A DNA stretch of 57,449 nt from NCBI GenBank assembly GCA_046538485.1, contig JBKHIT010000030.1, positions 1 through 57,449 on the forward strand, read 5' to 3'. Positions within the stretch are counted from its first letter, which is position 1, and every line of letters begins with the position of its first letter. The translations under genes were made by a program, and so were the position numbers. This document shows positions 18,360 through 28,903 of this stretch, in pieces. The notes beneath the pieces are model-generated. The model was not told the origin of the DNA, did not search any database, and saw only the letters and a list, made by a program, of their open reading frames with translations. This DNA is from Candidatus Brocadiia bacterium (GTDB taxonomy: Bacteria > Planctomycetota > Brocadiia > SM23-32).

Positions 18360-19361
18360 ATGGAAAAAACATCACTCGGTCCAACTGGTTTGGAGATTAC
18401 CCGTGTTGGGTTCGGTGGAATTCCTATTCAAAGGCTCTCCCGCGAAGACGCCGTAAATGTCCTGCGACGGGCTCTTGATCTCGGTTGCGGGTTGATCGAT
18501 ACCGCGCGTGTTTACACTGATAGCGAGCGGAAAGTGGGCGCCGCCCTGGCAGAATGTCCGGACCCTCCAGTTCTGGTTTCCAAGACCTACGAACGCGGAG
18601 CCGAAGGTGCCAGAAACGACGTGGATATCACCCTCGAAAACATCGGCGTTCAAACCATCGACGTTTACCTTGTGCATAATGTCAACAGTGTTGCTTTGCT
18701 TGACAGTATTCTCTCCCCGGGAGGTGCGCTTGAAGGGCTTCAAGCGGCCCGGGATGAAGGGCTGATCGGCCATATTGGCATTTCGAGTCACAAACCCGAG
18801 GTGCTCGAGGAAGCGCTGGCGCGGGAGGTGTTTGAAGTTATTGAGGCCCCTTTTAATGCTATCGAGCAACAGATGCTTTCTATTTTGGAGGATGCCCGGA
18901 GACGCCAGGTGGGTTCAATTATAATGAAACCACTGGCCGGAGGAGCTCTTCAAAACGGCGATCTGGCCCTCCGTTTCATACTTGAACATCCCGTTGACTG
19001 CGTCATCCCCGGCATGCAGCGCATAGAAGAGGTGGAAGAGAACTTCTCGATCGAAGGCCCTCTTTCGGATGCCGAACGCGATACCCTCCTCGCCGAAGCT
19101 CACGAGTGGCAAGGTCGTTTCTGCCGCCGCTGCGAATATTGTCTGTCGGCCTGTCAAGAAGAGATCAACATTACGGGGATATTGCTCTTCGCAACGTATT
19201 CGCAACGTTACGGACTTACGGACTGGGCGCAGAGACGATACAGCGAAATGGATATTCACGCCGACGCCTGTCGCGATTGTGCAAAATGCGAGGAACGATG
19301 TCCTTACGATCTCCCGATTCGAGAGATGTTGAAAGAAGCCCATGAAGAATTGACCCGCTGA
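18360..19361 (+). CDS. Aldo/keto reductase with C-terminal 4Fe-4S dicluster
   Basis: GFGGIPIQR, IDTARVY..SE, HIGISSH, MKPLAGG; CRRCEYC...C and CRDCAKCEERCP. Confidence 0.9.
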   Translation: MEKTSLGPTGLEITRVGFGGIPIQRLSREDAVNVLRRALDLGCGLIDTARVYTDSERKVGAALAECPDPPVLVSKTYERGAEGARNDVDITLENIGVQTIDVYLVHNVNSVALLDSILSPGGALEGLQAARDEGLIGHIGISSHKPEVLEEALAREVFEVIEAPFNAIEQQMLSILEDARRRQVGSIIMKPLAGGALQNGDLALRFILEHPVDCVIPGMQRIEEVEENFSIEGPLSDAERDTLLAEAHEWQGRFCRRCEYCLSACQEEINITGILLFATYSQRYGLTDWAQRRYSEMDIHADACRDCAKCEERCPYDLPIREMLKEAHEELTR

Positions 19362-19438
19362 TCTGCCCCGCCCACGCGCCGGTACCGTTAACAATGCCCA
19401 TGATATGACATTCCCGTTTTCTTACGGATGAAGAAATT

Positions 19439-21172
19439 ATGTGGCAGTATGTAAAAAGATTTTTCAAGCAGTATGTCAGGCCCCGGGGCAAGCTGTTCGG
19501 GTTGGTGCAACTGATGCATGTTATCAGCGCTCTGATGTTGCTTCTCCCGCCCCTGATGATTCGACACGCAATTGATAATTTGATCCCTGGGAAAAACTAT
19601 CACGGGTTGATTTTTCTGGCAGTTGGCCTGGTTGTGCTTTACGGGATTTGGGCGCTGATGGCCGCTGCCAAAGAATACTGGGGTCACGAAGTTGCTCAGC
19701 GAATAACGGCCTGGTTGCGCAACGATCTTTACGGGCATTTCCAGAAACTTTCAATGTCGTTTCACGACGAGAAAAAGACCGGAGAATTACTTTCGCGTAT
19801 CGTGGACGACATCAACGTCATCGAAGAGATTCTCCATCACGGTCCCGAAACCATTCTGCTTGCGTTTGCTGGTCTGGGAGGCACCGTGGTGGTTTTGTTC
19901 TACCTGAACTGGCAATTGGCGCTGGTCAGCGTCGCGTTTTTGCCGCTTTTGATCATTTATGCGCGGCAAACCGCACGTCACATGTGGGAAAAATTTCGGG
20001 AAGTGCGCAAGCAAAAAGCCACATTGTCGGAAGTTTTGGAAGAGAACCTGTCCGGCATACGAATTATCAAGGCTTTTGTGGGCGAGGAACGCGAAGCCGG
20101 AGCGGTATCCGAAGCCAACGAACGCCATTACCGCAGCCGGATGCGTGTCATTAAGTGGGTCTCAATGCTTTTCCCCGGAGCGGTTTTTATCAACGGTGTT
20201 GCCCTGGCCGTTGTCCTCCTTTACGGGGGAATGTTGACCATTGAAGGGACCATTACGGTCGGCGTCCTCGCGGCTTTTATAATGTATCTGAGACGGTTTC
20301 TGGAACCAATTATCCGCACCATGATCATGGTGGAACGCGGGGGACGTTTTTTTGCCGGGATCGAGCGTTTTTTCGACTACATGGATATTGACCCGGAGAT
20401 CAAGGATCAGCCGGATGCCGTATCGCTGGATGATGTCGAAGGCAATGTTACCTTTGATAACGTTTATTTTCGGTATGAGGAAGAAACCATACTTCGGGGG
20501 GTACGTTTTCAGGCAAAACCCGGTCAGATGCTCGCATTGGTCGGCCCCAGTGGGGCCGGGAAAACCACCATTACACGTCTGATCCCCCGCTTCTACGATC
20601 CCTATCAGGGAGCTGTCAAAATCGATGGTAATGATGTGCAAAAGATCAAGCTGCGTCACCTGCGTTCTTACATTGGGATGGTGATGCAGGACGATTTTCT
20701 GTTTTCCGGATCCATCGCAGAGAATATCGGGTATGGCAACCCAGGCGCGTCTCGCGCAGAAATAGTATCAGCTGCGGAAAAGGCCAATGCAGGCCAGTTT
20801 GTTGAAGAACTCCCGGATAGTTACGATACAGAGATCGGTAAACGTGGCGTGAAACTTTCGGAAGGCCAGCGGCAGCGGATATCGATTGCACGTGCTCTGA
20901 TAAAAGACCCACGCATATTGTTGCTGGACGAAGCGACATCGTCGGTGGACTCGGAAACTGAATTGATGATCCAGCAGGCCGTTGAAAAGTTGCGGAAAGG
21001 TCGCACAACATTCGTTATTGCGCACCGACTATCCACAATTCTTGAAGCCGATCAGATCCTTTTTGTGGAAGATGGCCGGATCGTGGAACGCGGCACACAC
21101 GGTGAACTGATGGAAATAGACGGCAAATACGCGCGGTTCTACCGGATTCAATTCGAACGCGAGCTGGTTTAA
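19439..21172 (+). CDS. ABC exporter, fused TMD-ATPase
   Basis: N-terminal TM helices, GPSGAGKT, LSEGQRQR, LDEATSS. Confidence 0.92.
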   Translation: MWQYVKRFFKQYVRPRGKLFGLVQLMHVISALMLLLPPLMIRHAIDNLIPGKNYHGLIFLAVGLVVLYGIWALMAAAKEYWGHEVAQRITAWLRNDLYGHFQKLSMSFHDEKKTGELLSRIVDDINVIEEILHHGPETILLAFAGLGGTVVVLFYLNWQLALVSVAFLPLLIIYARQTARHMWEKFREVRKQKATLSEVLEENLSGIRIIKAFVGEEREAGAVSEANERHYRSRMRVIKWVSMLFPGAVFINGVALAVVLLYGGMLTIEGTITVGVLAAFIMYLRRFLEPIIRTMIMVERGGRFFAGIERFFDYMDIDPEIKDQPDAVSLDDVEGNVTFDNVYFRYEEETILRGVRFQAKPGQMLALVGPSGAGKTTITRLIPRFYDPYQGAVKIDGNDVQKIKLRHLRSYIGMVMQDDFLFSGSIAENIGYGNPGASRAEIVSAAEKANAGQFVEELPDSYDTEIGKRGVKLSEGQRQRISIARALIKDPRILLLDEATSSVDSETELMIQQAVEKLRKGRTTFVIAHRLSTILEADQILFVEDGRIVERGTHGELMEIDGKYARFYRIQFERELV

Positions 21173-21263
21173 CGAAGACGCAACATTCATGTAATATATC
21201 CAGAAAGTCCAGTCGAGTGTTTGCAATTTGGTGCGTGACAAATTCTGTAAGGAGTATGAAGTA

Positions 21264-22106
21264 ATGACCAATAATGCGGATAATGAAGTGCCCATTTTAG
21301 ACGGACCTGATGGCAGCATGCCGGGTCTTGGGCTCGGCACGTGGAAACTCAAAGGCGATCAGTGTGTGCAGGCGGTACGCGCCGCTCTGGGAATGGGATA
21401 CAACCACGTTGATACGGCGCAGATATATGGGAATGAAGCTGAAGTGGGTGAAGGTATTGGCAGTTCGAATGCGGAGCGTTCAGACATCTTTCTGACGACA
21501 AAACTCTGGCACGAATGGCTTGATGAAGACGGTGTGCAGAATTCTCTGGATGGAAGCCTCGAGAAGCTCCAGACTGATTACGTCGATCTGTTACTGATAC
21601 ACTGGCCAAATCGCGATGTGCCGGTTGGTGAAACCTTGGGAGCGATGGCGGAAGCGAGCGAACAGGGCAAAGTTCGCCACATCGGCGTGAGCAATTTCAC
21701 GGTGTCGTTGCTGGAAGAAGCCACGGAAGCCTCTGACATGCCGATTTTCTGTAATCAGGTGGAATACCACCCCTTCCTGTCGCAAGATCCTGTGCTGGGC
21801 TGGTGTCGCACTCACAACGCGCTTCTGGTTGCCTACAGTCCCCTGGCGCGCGGTGGCATACTTGAAGAACCGCGCCTTGAGGAAATCGGAAAGAAATACG
21901 ATAAAACCGCCGCTCAGGTCGTTCTTCGATGGTTTATGCAGCAACCGTCCGTTGTTGCTATTCCAAAAGCGAGTTCAGTGGACCACCTCGAAGAGAATTT
22001 TGACATATTCGATTTCGAACTTGGCGAGGATGAGATGGATGCCATCTTTGGATTGGCAAAGGACGGCCGTCTTATCAACCCCGGCTGGGCTCCCGACTGG
22101 GACTGA
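21264..22106 (+). CDS. Aldo/keto reductase (DkgB-like)
   Basis: LGLGTW, DTAQIY.NE, LLIHWP, IGVSNF, NQVEYHP, IPKAS. Confidence 0.92.
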   Translation: MTNNADNEVPILDGPDGSMPGLGLGTWKLKGDQCVQAVRAALGMGYNHVDTAQIYGNEAEVGEGIGSSNAERSDIFLTTKLWHEWLDEDGVQNSLDGSLEKLQTDYVDLLLIHWPNRDVPVGETLGAMAEASEQGKVRHIGVSNFTVSLLEEATEASDMPIFCNQVEYHPFLSQDPVLGWCRTHNALLVAYSPLARGGILEEPRLEEIGKKYDKTAAQVVLRWFMQQPSVVAIPKASSVDHLEENFDIFDFELGEDEMDAIFGLAKDGRLINPGWAPDWD

Positions 22107-22373
22107 TGAAATTTGCGGGTCGGGACTGGGTTAATCTGAAGTTAAGAGTGTGCGATAGCGGAATATCTTCGGAGCGTTTCCACTGTTGATCACCTTTTTA
22201 GGTCTTTTTGCAGGCAATCCCGGCCGTGGTTTCGCGATCTCGAAAGGTTGAAACTTTCGGCGCTGTGATTATACTGTGCCAGAGGGCTGCTGAGGTTTTG
22301 ACTGATCCGAACACGGTGCATGGCGCCCGTGTTGGCGGAATCGACATCTGAGACTGTTTGAAGTGAGGCAACT

Positions 22374-23531
22374 ATGCGTGACGATAATCAAAAAGTGGCG
22401 TTGGGCGTTGTTGGACTCGGGAGCATGGGCATGGCGCACTGTCGGCAGGCGCTGGATGTCGAGGGAATCGAGCTGCGGGCTGTTCTTGACGTCGATGAAG
22501 AACAGGCGCAAAAGGTGGGCGAACAGTACGGTATCCCCTATTTTCCGGACCACGAGGAGATGTTTGACAGCGGTCTCGTGGACGCCATCATCATTGCGAC
22601 GCCGCATTTTTATCATGCTGACGTGGCCGTTGCGGCTTCCCAAAATGGCGTACACGTATTGTGTGAAAAACCGCTGGCGGTGCGCGCAAGCAGCGCGAGT
22701 CGTATGGTCGAGGAGGCGGAGAAAAACGATTGTATATTTGCCGTGATGTTTCAGATTCGCACCGAACCGATCATGCGGAAAGCGCGGGAAATTGTTGAGA
22801 ATGGAGAGCTCGGACGGATCCGCCGCACGTTGCTGGTGCTTCCAGAGTTCCGCTCACAGGCTTACTACGACGCCGGGACGTGGCGCGCGACATGGGCCGG
22901 AGAAGGCGGCGGCCCCCTTCTGAATCAGGGTCCGCACATGATGGACATCTTTCTTATGCTGGGCGGACTTCCCTCCCAGGTCCTGGGGTGGACCCGGACC
23001 GTCATGCACGACATTGAGGTCGAAGACGAGGCCGAGGCGCGGCTCACTTATGAAAATGGTGCTTCGGGTTATCTTTACGTCTCGACCTGCGAACCAGGAC
23101 CGGGTTTTCTGCTGCAAATTTTCGGCGACAAAGGGAAATTGCGCATTATGGGCGAGCAGATGAGCTTTGTGCAATACGATACTCCAGTGGAAGAGTTCAG
23201 TAAGAACAGTGATTCCATGTGGGGTTCTCCGAAAGCAGAACGCAGTCCGATAGAACTCCCGGAAGCCAACTCAGGTCAGGCGGAGATCATACGAAATTTT
23301 GCTGCCGCCATTTTGCACGGGGAAGAGCTTTTATCCCCCGCCCGGGCCGGTCTTAATCAACTGGAATTGTCCAATGCGATCATGCTTTCTTCATGGACTG
23401 ATTCTCCGGTTTCGATTCCAGTGGACCGTGAAAAGTTCAATGCCTTACTGGATGAACGTATTGCAAAGTCAAGTTTCGAACCCGGCGGCGAGAGTCAGAC
23501 CACCCGCATTACTGATCCCAAGCTTGGATAG
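22374..23531 (+). CDS. Gfo/Idh/MocA oxidoreductase
   Basis: GLGSMG, ATPH..H, CEKP, GGG.LLNQGPH. Confidence 0.9.
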   Translation: MRDDNQKVALGVVGLGSMGMAHCRQALDVEGIELRAVLDVDEEQAQKVGEQYGIPYFPDHEEMFDSGLVDAIIIATPHFYHADVAVAASQNGVHVLCEKPLAVRASSASRMVEEAEKNDCIFAVMFQIRTEPIMRKAREIVENGELGRIRRTLLVLPEFRSQAYYDAGTWRATWAGEGGGPLLNQGPHMMDIFLMLGGLPSQVLGWTRTVMHDIEVEDEAEARLTYENGASGYLYVSTCEPGPGFLLQIFGDKGKLRIMGEQMSFVQYDTPVEEFSKNSDSMWGSPKAERSPIELPEANSGQAEIIRNFAAAILHGEELLSPARAGLNQLELSNAIMLSSWTDSPVSIPVDREKFNALLDERIAKSSFEPGGESQTTRITDPKLG

Positions 23532-23570
23532 AGTTTCTACAAAACAGTTCACCAAAAAAGGAGAAAACTC

Positions 23571-24551
23571 ATGGCTGTCGGCCAGGATTTTATTTCGAAT
23601 AAAAAGGTGCTGGTGGCGGGTGTAACCGGGCTTTTTGGGCGGGGACTTTCATATCTTCTTGCGAAAAACAACGAGGTCCACGGACTTTGCCGCTTTAGCG
23701 AGCCGCGGCTCAGGGAAGAAGTTTCCGAGTGGTGCGAGAATCTGTGGCCCGTTGATGGGGCCAATCCAAAGTGTCTGCAGAATGTGCCGAGAGATTTCGA
23801 TTATGTGTTCAACGAGGCGGTCCAATGGGGATTGGATGATACCTATACCTGGCCGACGTTCAAACGTTTGATGGAGATAAACAGTTTTTTCCCGGGACAA
23901 CTGATGGAACATTTCGCCGGCAGCGGCGCCGGGCTGATTTTTGGTTCGACGGGCGGTGTTTATCAGCACTCGGAGGACAAAGACGATCTTAATAAGGAAG
24001 GGATCACAACTCTGGAAGGCGGCTTTCATCCGTACGATGATACAAAACTCGGCGGGGAGATGATGGTCCGCTACTTCTCCCGGGAACACGATATACCGGC
24101 GGTTATTCTGCGGTATTATTGGCCGGCGGCTCCTTACGGTGAAGGCGGCCGTGCCGGCCGAACGTGCCGGGCCTGGCTCGAAGGCAAACCTACCCATGTC
24201 AGCCACAAGAACCCCTGGTATCACACCGTGGGCTACATCTCGGATCTTTTGTATGCTACATGCGCTGCGGCGAATAGGTGTAGCGCTCCGGTGAACATCT
24301 ACAACGTGACCGGGGATCAGATCGTGAACTATCGCGACGTCGATCTCGCGGTAGCCGAAGCGATGGACATCGATCCTATTTTTGAAGAAGTCGAACAGGA
24401 ACGGGATATCCCGATGTATGTTGCAGACATCGAGAAAATGACGGCGGAACTCTGGAAACCTCGCGTTGGGCTGAAAGAATATGCCGTCCGAGTGGTCAGG
24501 GCGATCCAGAACGATATTCGAACGCCGCAGGACTGGATGTTTGAATTTTAA
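23571..24551 (+). CDS. NAD-dependent epimerase/dehydratase (extended SDR)
   Basis: AGVTGLFG, STGGVY, YDDTK. Confidence 0.8.
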   Translation: MAVGQDFISNKKVLVAGVTGLFGRGLSYLLAKNNEVHGLCRFSEPRLREEVSEWCENLWPVDGANPKCLQNVPRDFDYVFNEAVQWGLDDTYTWPTFKRLMEINSFFPGQLMEHFAGSGAGLIFGSTGGVYQHSEDKDDLNKEGITTLEGGFHPYDDTKLGGEMMVRYFSREHDIPAVILRYYWPAAPYGEGGRAGRTCRAWLEGKPTHVSHKNPWYHTVGYISDLLYATCAAANRCSAPVNIYNVTGDQIVNYRDVDLAVAEAMDIDPIFEEVEQERDIPMYVADIEKMTAELWKPRVGLKEYAVRVVRAIQNDIRTPQDWMFEF

Positions 24552-24565
24552 ACCAATTCGCTACC

Positions 24566-25717
24566 TCAAAAACCGGACAAGTCCGCCAGATTGACCGGTT
24601 GACTGCCGCTGTCGATGGATTTTTGGGCAGCCAGCGCCATCGCGATGGCCAGTTTCCCCTCCTGTCCCGTGGCCGCGTTGGGGGCGCCTTTCGTTACGGT
24701 TTTATGGAACCGCTCGAGCTGCACCACCCCCGCTTCCGCCAGTGAAAAAAGGCCATACTCCATCTCCAATTTTCCGTTTTCCAGGGCCAGTGTTTCGCTG
24801 AGCCTTTCCGTGTACTTTAAGCACCTGTCGAAAAGATCGCCCTGCACTTCTTCTCCATTGCGGCCAACGACGCGGATGGGATGGACAATCCCGTAGTCGG
24901 AATTGAGGAAAAAGCACACGTGGTATGAACATCGCATCCCGTCTTCGTATTCAACTGTGACGTGCGCATTATCGTAAATTCCGCTTTTATCTTCTATCTC
25001 TGTGACGTTTCCGAGCACATCGGTGAATTCGCCCGTATCAATGACTTCGGTTCCACCGGCACCCACCACGCGCACGGGTTGCTTTTCGCTGATCCAATTG
25101 AACAGATCAAGCGTATGGCAGGATTTTTCCACAAGCAGTCCCCCGCTCATCTCAGTATTGTACTTCCATGCGGATGCAAAGGGACTTCGGACCTCTTCCA
25201 CAAGCATATAACCCGGATCGAATCCCGGGGAATGAACGGCCTTTTTCACGTTTTGGTAGAACTCCATGTGGCGGCAGACCATGGCAATTTGGAGGATTTT
25301 ATTGCTTTTTTCTGCCGCTTCGATGATACGGTTGCATTTCTCCAGCGAGGTCTCCATGGGTTTCTCAAGAAGGACATGTTTTCCCGCTTCGAACGCACGA
25401 ACAGCGTAGTCCATGTGGGTGGCGTTGGGGGTGCAAATGAGAACAGCATCGACGTTATCCCTGGCCAGAAGACGTTCATAGGAAGGCCATGTATTTTTCT
25501 TGTCGGCTTCGAAAAGTTCGGGCGTGCCGTGTTCCACTTTGCTCATAGCATCGGCATTCTTTTTGGGGTTTGTGCCGAAGATCGCCGTGATTTCATATTT
25601 GTCCGGAAGTTGGTTCAAACACGGAATATGTGCTCCGCCGCGTTCTTTGCCGGGACCTTTTCGTTCGAGCGTTACGATGTTACCGGTTCCGATAATTGCC
25701 AACTGAACGCGTGACAT
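24566..25717 (-). CDS. Gfo/Idh/MocA oxidoreductase
   Basis: IIGTG, CTPNATH, LEKP, GGLLVEKSCH.LD. Confidence 0.9.
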   Translation of the reverse strand: MSRVQLAIIGTGNIVTLERKGPGKERGGAHIPCLNQLPDKYEITAIFGTNPKKNADAMSKVEHGTPELFEADKKNTWPSYERLLARDNVDAVLICTPNATHMDYAVRAFEAGKHVLLEKPMETSLEKCNRIIEAAEKSNKILQIAMVCRHMEFYQNVKKAVHSPGFDPGYMLVEEVRSPFASAWKYNTEMSGGLLVEKSCHTLDLFNWISEKQPVRVVGAGGTEVIDTGEFTDVLGNVTEIEDKSGIYDNAHVTVEYEDGMRCSYHVCFFLNSDYGIVHPIRVVGRNGEEVQGDLFDRCLKYTERLSETLALENGKLEMEYGLFSLAEAGVVQLERFHKTVTKGAPNAATGQEGKLAIAMALAAQKSIDSGSQPVNLADLSGF

Positions 25718-25846
25718 TTATTGTTCTCCTGAAAGGGAAAGTATGCAGGTTACAGGCGTTAAGGCACCGAATGCAAATGCAGGGCAGGCAAGCACATCCC
25801 AACAAACTTTACTGCCCTACTGCCTCGGGACTCGTGCATGTACTGT

Positions 25847-26143
25847 TCACGCCAGGTCGTCCCAGGCATCTGTAGTTTCGATCGGATCCAAATCTTCGCA
25901 TTCAGATTCTTCCTTTGCCCCTTTATTCATTTCACTCTCTGGAGACGGTTGTGTCTGCGTGTGGGCTTCGAATGCAAAGCCCGGAGCAAGCGGTTGAAAT
26001 TTGGCGTCGCCTTCGTAGGCCAGAGATCGGACGAACTGGCGGAACTCTTCTCGCCCCTCGACAAAAAGATCCAAACCCATTTTTTTGCCGACGAACCCCT
26101 GTTGGCCGGGGCACATAATGAACATAAATTGATGACGTCCCAC
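25847..26143 (-). CDS. Hypothetical protein (doubtful)
   Basis: ORF between tRNA-Val and the oxidoreductase; acidic tail; no motif. Confidence 0.25.
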   Translation of the reverse strand: MGRHQFMFIMCPGQQGFVGKKMGLDLFVEGREEFRQFVRSLAYEGDAKFQPLAPGFAFEAHTQTQPSPESEMNKGAKEESECEDLDPIETTDAWDDLA

Positions 26144-26217
26144 GGGGATTGCCTGCGCCCCCCATTTTTGCGATACGGTAGAGGTCAGGCGGGCTGCGGC
26201 AAGGTGGTACGTAGGAA

Positions 26218-26294
26218 TGGTGGGCGGTACTGGACTCGAACCAGTGGCCTCTACCGTGTCGGGGTAGCGCTCTCGCCAGCTGAGCTAACCGCCC
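26218..26294 (-). tRNA. tRNA-Val(GAC)
   Basis: Reverse complement GGGCGGTTAGCTCAG...CTACC-CCGACAC-GGTAG...GGTTCGAGTCC...CCA. Confidence 0.93.
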
Positions 26295-26308
26295 ACCGAT
26301 GAAATTAG

Positions 26309-26337
26309 ATTCTAACTCCCCGGCTCTCGCATGTCAA
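26309..26337 (-). promoter_or_regulatory. tRNA-Val promoter
   Basis: TTGACA-17 nt-TAGAAT on the minus strand. Confidence 0.7.
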
Positions 26338-26439
26338 ATTCGGCCGAATAGAATGCATGACCCTGGCGTCCGTGTGGACAGAGCAAGGCAAATCAAATAA
26401 GATAATGAACCGCCACTTTTAACTGCGGGAGGCCGGTCT

Positions 26440-27168
26440 GTGATTCCGATACGGGACAAAAATCCATCAGATAAAACACCGTGGGTTGTTTACGGGTTGA
26501 TTGTGATCAATGTTCTGGTTTTTCTGTTTGAGATTTCTCTACCGGCTCCTGAGCGCGAGCAGTTGTTCTCACAGTATGGTCTCATCCCCCACCGGGTAAA
26601 ACAAGGGTTTCAGGGTGAGGTTTCCTTTCTGACGGGCATTGTTATTCCGGCTTTCACGTCCATGTTTCTACACGGGGGTTGGGTTCACCTGCTGGGGAAT
26701 ATGTGGTTTCTTTACATATTTGGCGACAATGTGGAAGCCAAGCTGCGCAAGGTGCCCTTTTTGCTGTTCTATCTTTTTTGCGGTCTTGCCGCTTCTGCAG
26801 GCCAGGTTTTGGTGAGCGGAGACGCTCCGCTACCGATCGTTGGTGCAAGTGGTGCCATTGCCGGCGTTTTGGGAGCGTATATTATAACGTGGCCAAAAGC
26901 GCGAATTCTTACGCTTTTGCCTTTGTTCTATCTCATTACGTTCGTTGACCTGCCGGCGTACGTTGTTCTCGGGATGTGGTTTTTGATCCAATTTTTCCGC
27001 GGTTTTGGCAGCATTGCATCTGGAGTCACCGGAGGAGTGGCATACTGGTCTCATGTAGGCGGTTTTGCCGCCGGCGTCCTCCTCATATTTATCTTGCCCA
27101 AGCGGAAAGACGTCCGTCCCTCAAAGAACGTATCGCCGCGTTCCGATTTCAGACGGCGCAGGCGTTGA
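26440..27168 (+). CDS. Rhomboid-family intramembrane serine protease
   Basis: SMFLHGG..HL.GNM, FGDNVE, GASGAI, AYWSHVGGF. Confidence 0.92.
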   Translation: MIPIRDKNPSDKTPWVVYGLIVINVLVFLFEISLPAPEREQLFSQYGLIPHRVKQGFQGEVSFLTGIVIPAFTSMFLHGGWVHLLGNMWFLYIFGDNVEAKLRKVPFLLFYLFCGLAASAGQVLVSGDAPLPIVGASGAIAGVLGAYIITWPKARILTLLPLFYLITFVDLPAYVVLGMWFLIQFFRGFGSIASGVTGGVAYWSHVGGFAAGVLLIFILPKRKDVRPSKNVSPRSDFRRRRR

Positions 27169-27217
27169 AAATGATGCAAACTGCTGCTTCTTTCCAGGAA
27201 ATACGGAAAGGTACAAA

Positions 27218-28903
27218 ATGGAATTTACAAAAAATCAACAAAACCTCACCGTGGAAGGGCGTCGCATTAAAGCAGTTTTCGAAGGTGGGTGTCTGCTGCA
27301 ATTACAAGACAAGGATACGGATCGTCAATTGGTTGACGCCCATCCCGACCACGCGCCTCTGGAATTGCTAAAACACGATTCTACACTCCACCCAATTGGA
27401 ACCGGAGACCATTCGGAATGTGAACTGCGGATGCTCGGCGACCATGTCGCACATTTTTGGTTTTCGGATTGGGAGGCTGACGCCTGTATCTGTATTACGT
27501 GCGATGATGAACGTGATGAGATCATCGTCGAGCCATCGCTGACGGCAATTCAGGACGGTGTGGCGGGAGTGCGGTGGAACATGAGTGGGATTGTCGAGGA
27601 AACCGATCTCGTGGCGCCTTTTTACCAGGGGACACGCCTTCCGGTGGGCGATGAGCTTCTTGTCGGGCGTGATTGGGTCTGGCCTCAAAAATGGGAAGCG
27701 GGTTACGTTTCGTTCCTGCAGAAAGACGGGACGGGTTTTTACTGTCTGACGGAGGACAAAGATTTTCGCCCCAAAACGATAACAACCGGAACACAGGAGG
27801 CGCGGCGGACCTGTGGATTCACCTCGGAAAATGATGGCCCATGGGAAGGAAAACGAGAAGCAGGCGGTCTTTCCTGGCGGGTGGGCCTGTTTTCGGACGG
27901 CTGGCAGAGCCCTGCCGTCCGCTACAAAGATTGGTTATGGAATACTTATCCGCTTCAAAAGGCGGCGTCGTCAAAACCGGATTGGGCCGACTCGGTGACG
28001 CTTGCTCTGTCGTGGTGCCCGTGCAGGCCAAAGATTTTAACGGTTTTGGCTCAGCGTCATCCTCCTGAGAAAACACTTCTCCATGTCCCTGGGTGGCGTG
28101 CAAACAATTATGATCAGAATTATCCGGACTATGAACCCGACAAGGCAGGGGTAACGTTTATCGAATCGGCCCGGGAGATGGGTTTCCGTGTGATGCCGCA
28201 TTTTAATTTTTTTGCTGTTGATCCATCCCATGCGCTATATCGGGAGTTGGGACCGTATCATCTTCGCAACACAAATACACGTCGGCTACTGGGTTGGAGC
28301 TGGAAGGAAGGGCAAATGCTTGGCAATCCTCAGTCGCCCAGTCAGATTCAAGAACACCAGAATATAAACGCGATGGCATACATTCATCCCGGGCTTTCAA
28401 AATGGCGTCGTGAGCTTGCCGAGAGAATCGGAGCTATTGTGAAAAGGTTCGACCTGGAGGCCGTATTTGTCGATCAAACCCTCTGTACGGGCAATTACCT
28501 CAATGCGATTGTGGAAGGCACGTCCACAACCGAAGGGATGTGGCATTTGACGCGAGAATTGGCCAGAATCCGCTCTGGCCTGGCCATCGGCGGCGAGGGC
28601 CTGAATGAAATATCAATGCAGTGGCAGACTTTTGCGCAGGCCCATCTGTTCGATAGCCACCACGATACGATCGACAGGTTGGACGAGGTGCCATGTCCGG
28701 TTAATGATTTTCTTTTCGGAGATTTGTGCCGAACGATCGGGTATTCAGCCCTGAGCGGGAAGGATGCAAACAGCCGTCTGAGGCTCCAAGCTCACGCAAA
28801 GCTGAATACGCTGCCGACAATTACGGTTCATTCGCCCGAAGAAATCAGCGATCCGAATCCTGCCATAGAAATAGAATTGGAAAGGGCCAGTTACCTGGGA
28901 TGA
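27218..28903 (+). CDS. Hypothetical protein, putative glycoside-hydrolase-like TIM barrel (DUF6259-like)
   Basis: Long ORF; WR..YDQNYPDY, GFRVMPHFN, AVFVDQ, GGEGLNE; family assignment tentative. Confidence 0.65.
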   Translation: MEFTKNQQNLTVEGRRIKAVFEGGCLLQLQDKDTDRQLVDAHPDHAPLELLKHDSTLHPIGTGDHSECELRMLGDHVAHFWFSDWEADACICITCDDERDEIIVEPSLTAIQDGVAGVRWNMSGIVEETDLVAPFYQGTRLPVGDELLVGRDWVWPQKWEAGYVSFLQKDGTGFYCLTEDKDFRPKTITTGTQEARRTCGFTSENDGPWEGKREAGGLSWRVGLFSDGWQSPAVRYKDWLWNTYPLQKAASSKPDWADSVTLALSWCPCRPKILTVLAQRHPPEKTLLHVPGWRANNYDQNYPDYEPDKAGVTFIESAREMGFRVMPHFNFFAVDPSHALYRELGPYHLRNTNTRRLLGWSWKEGQMLGNPQSPSQIQEHQNINAMAYIHPGLSKWRRELAERIGAIVKRFDLEAVFVDQTLCTGNYLNAIVEGTSTTEGMWHLTRELARIRSGLAIGGEGLNEISMQWQTFAQAHLFDSHHDTIDRLDEVPCPVNDFLFGDLCRTIGYSALSGKDANSRLRLQAHAKLNTLPTITVHSPEEISDPNPAIEIELERASYLG

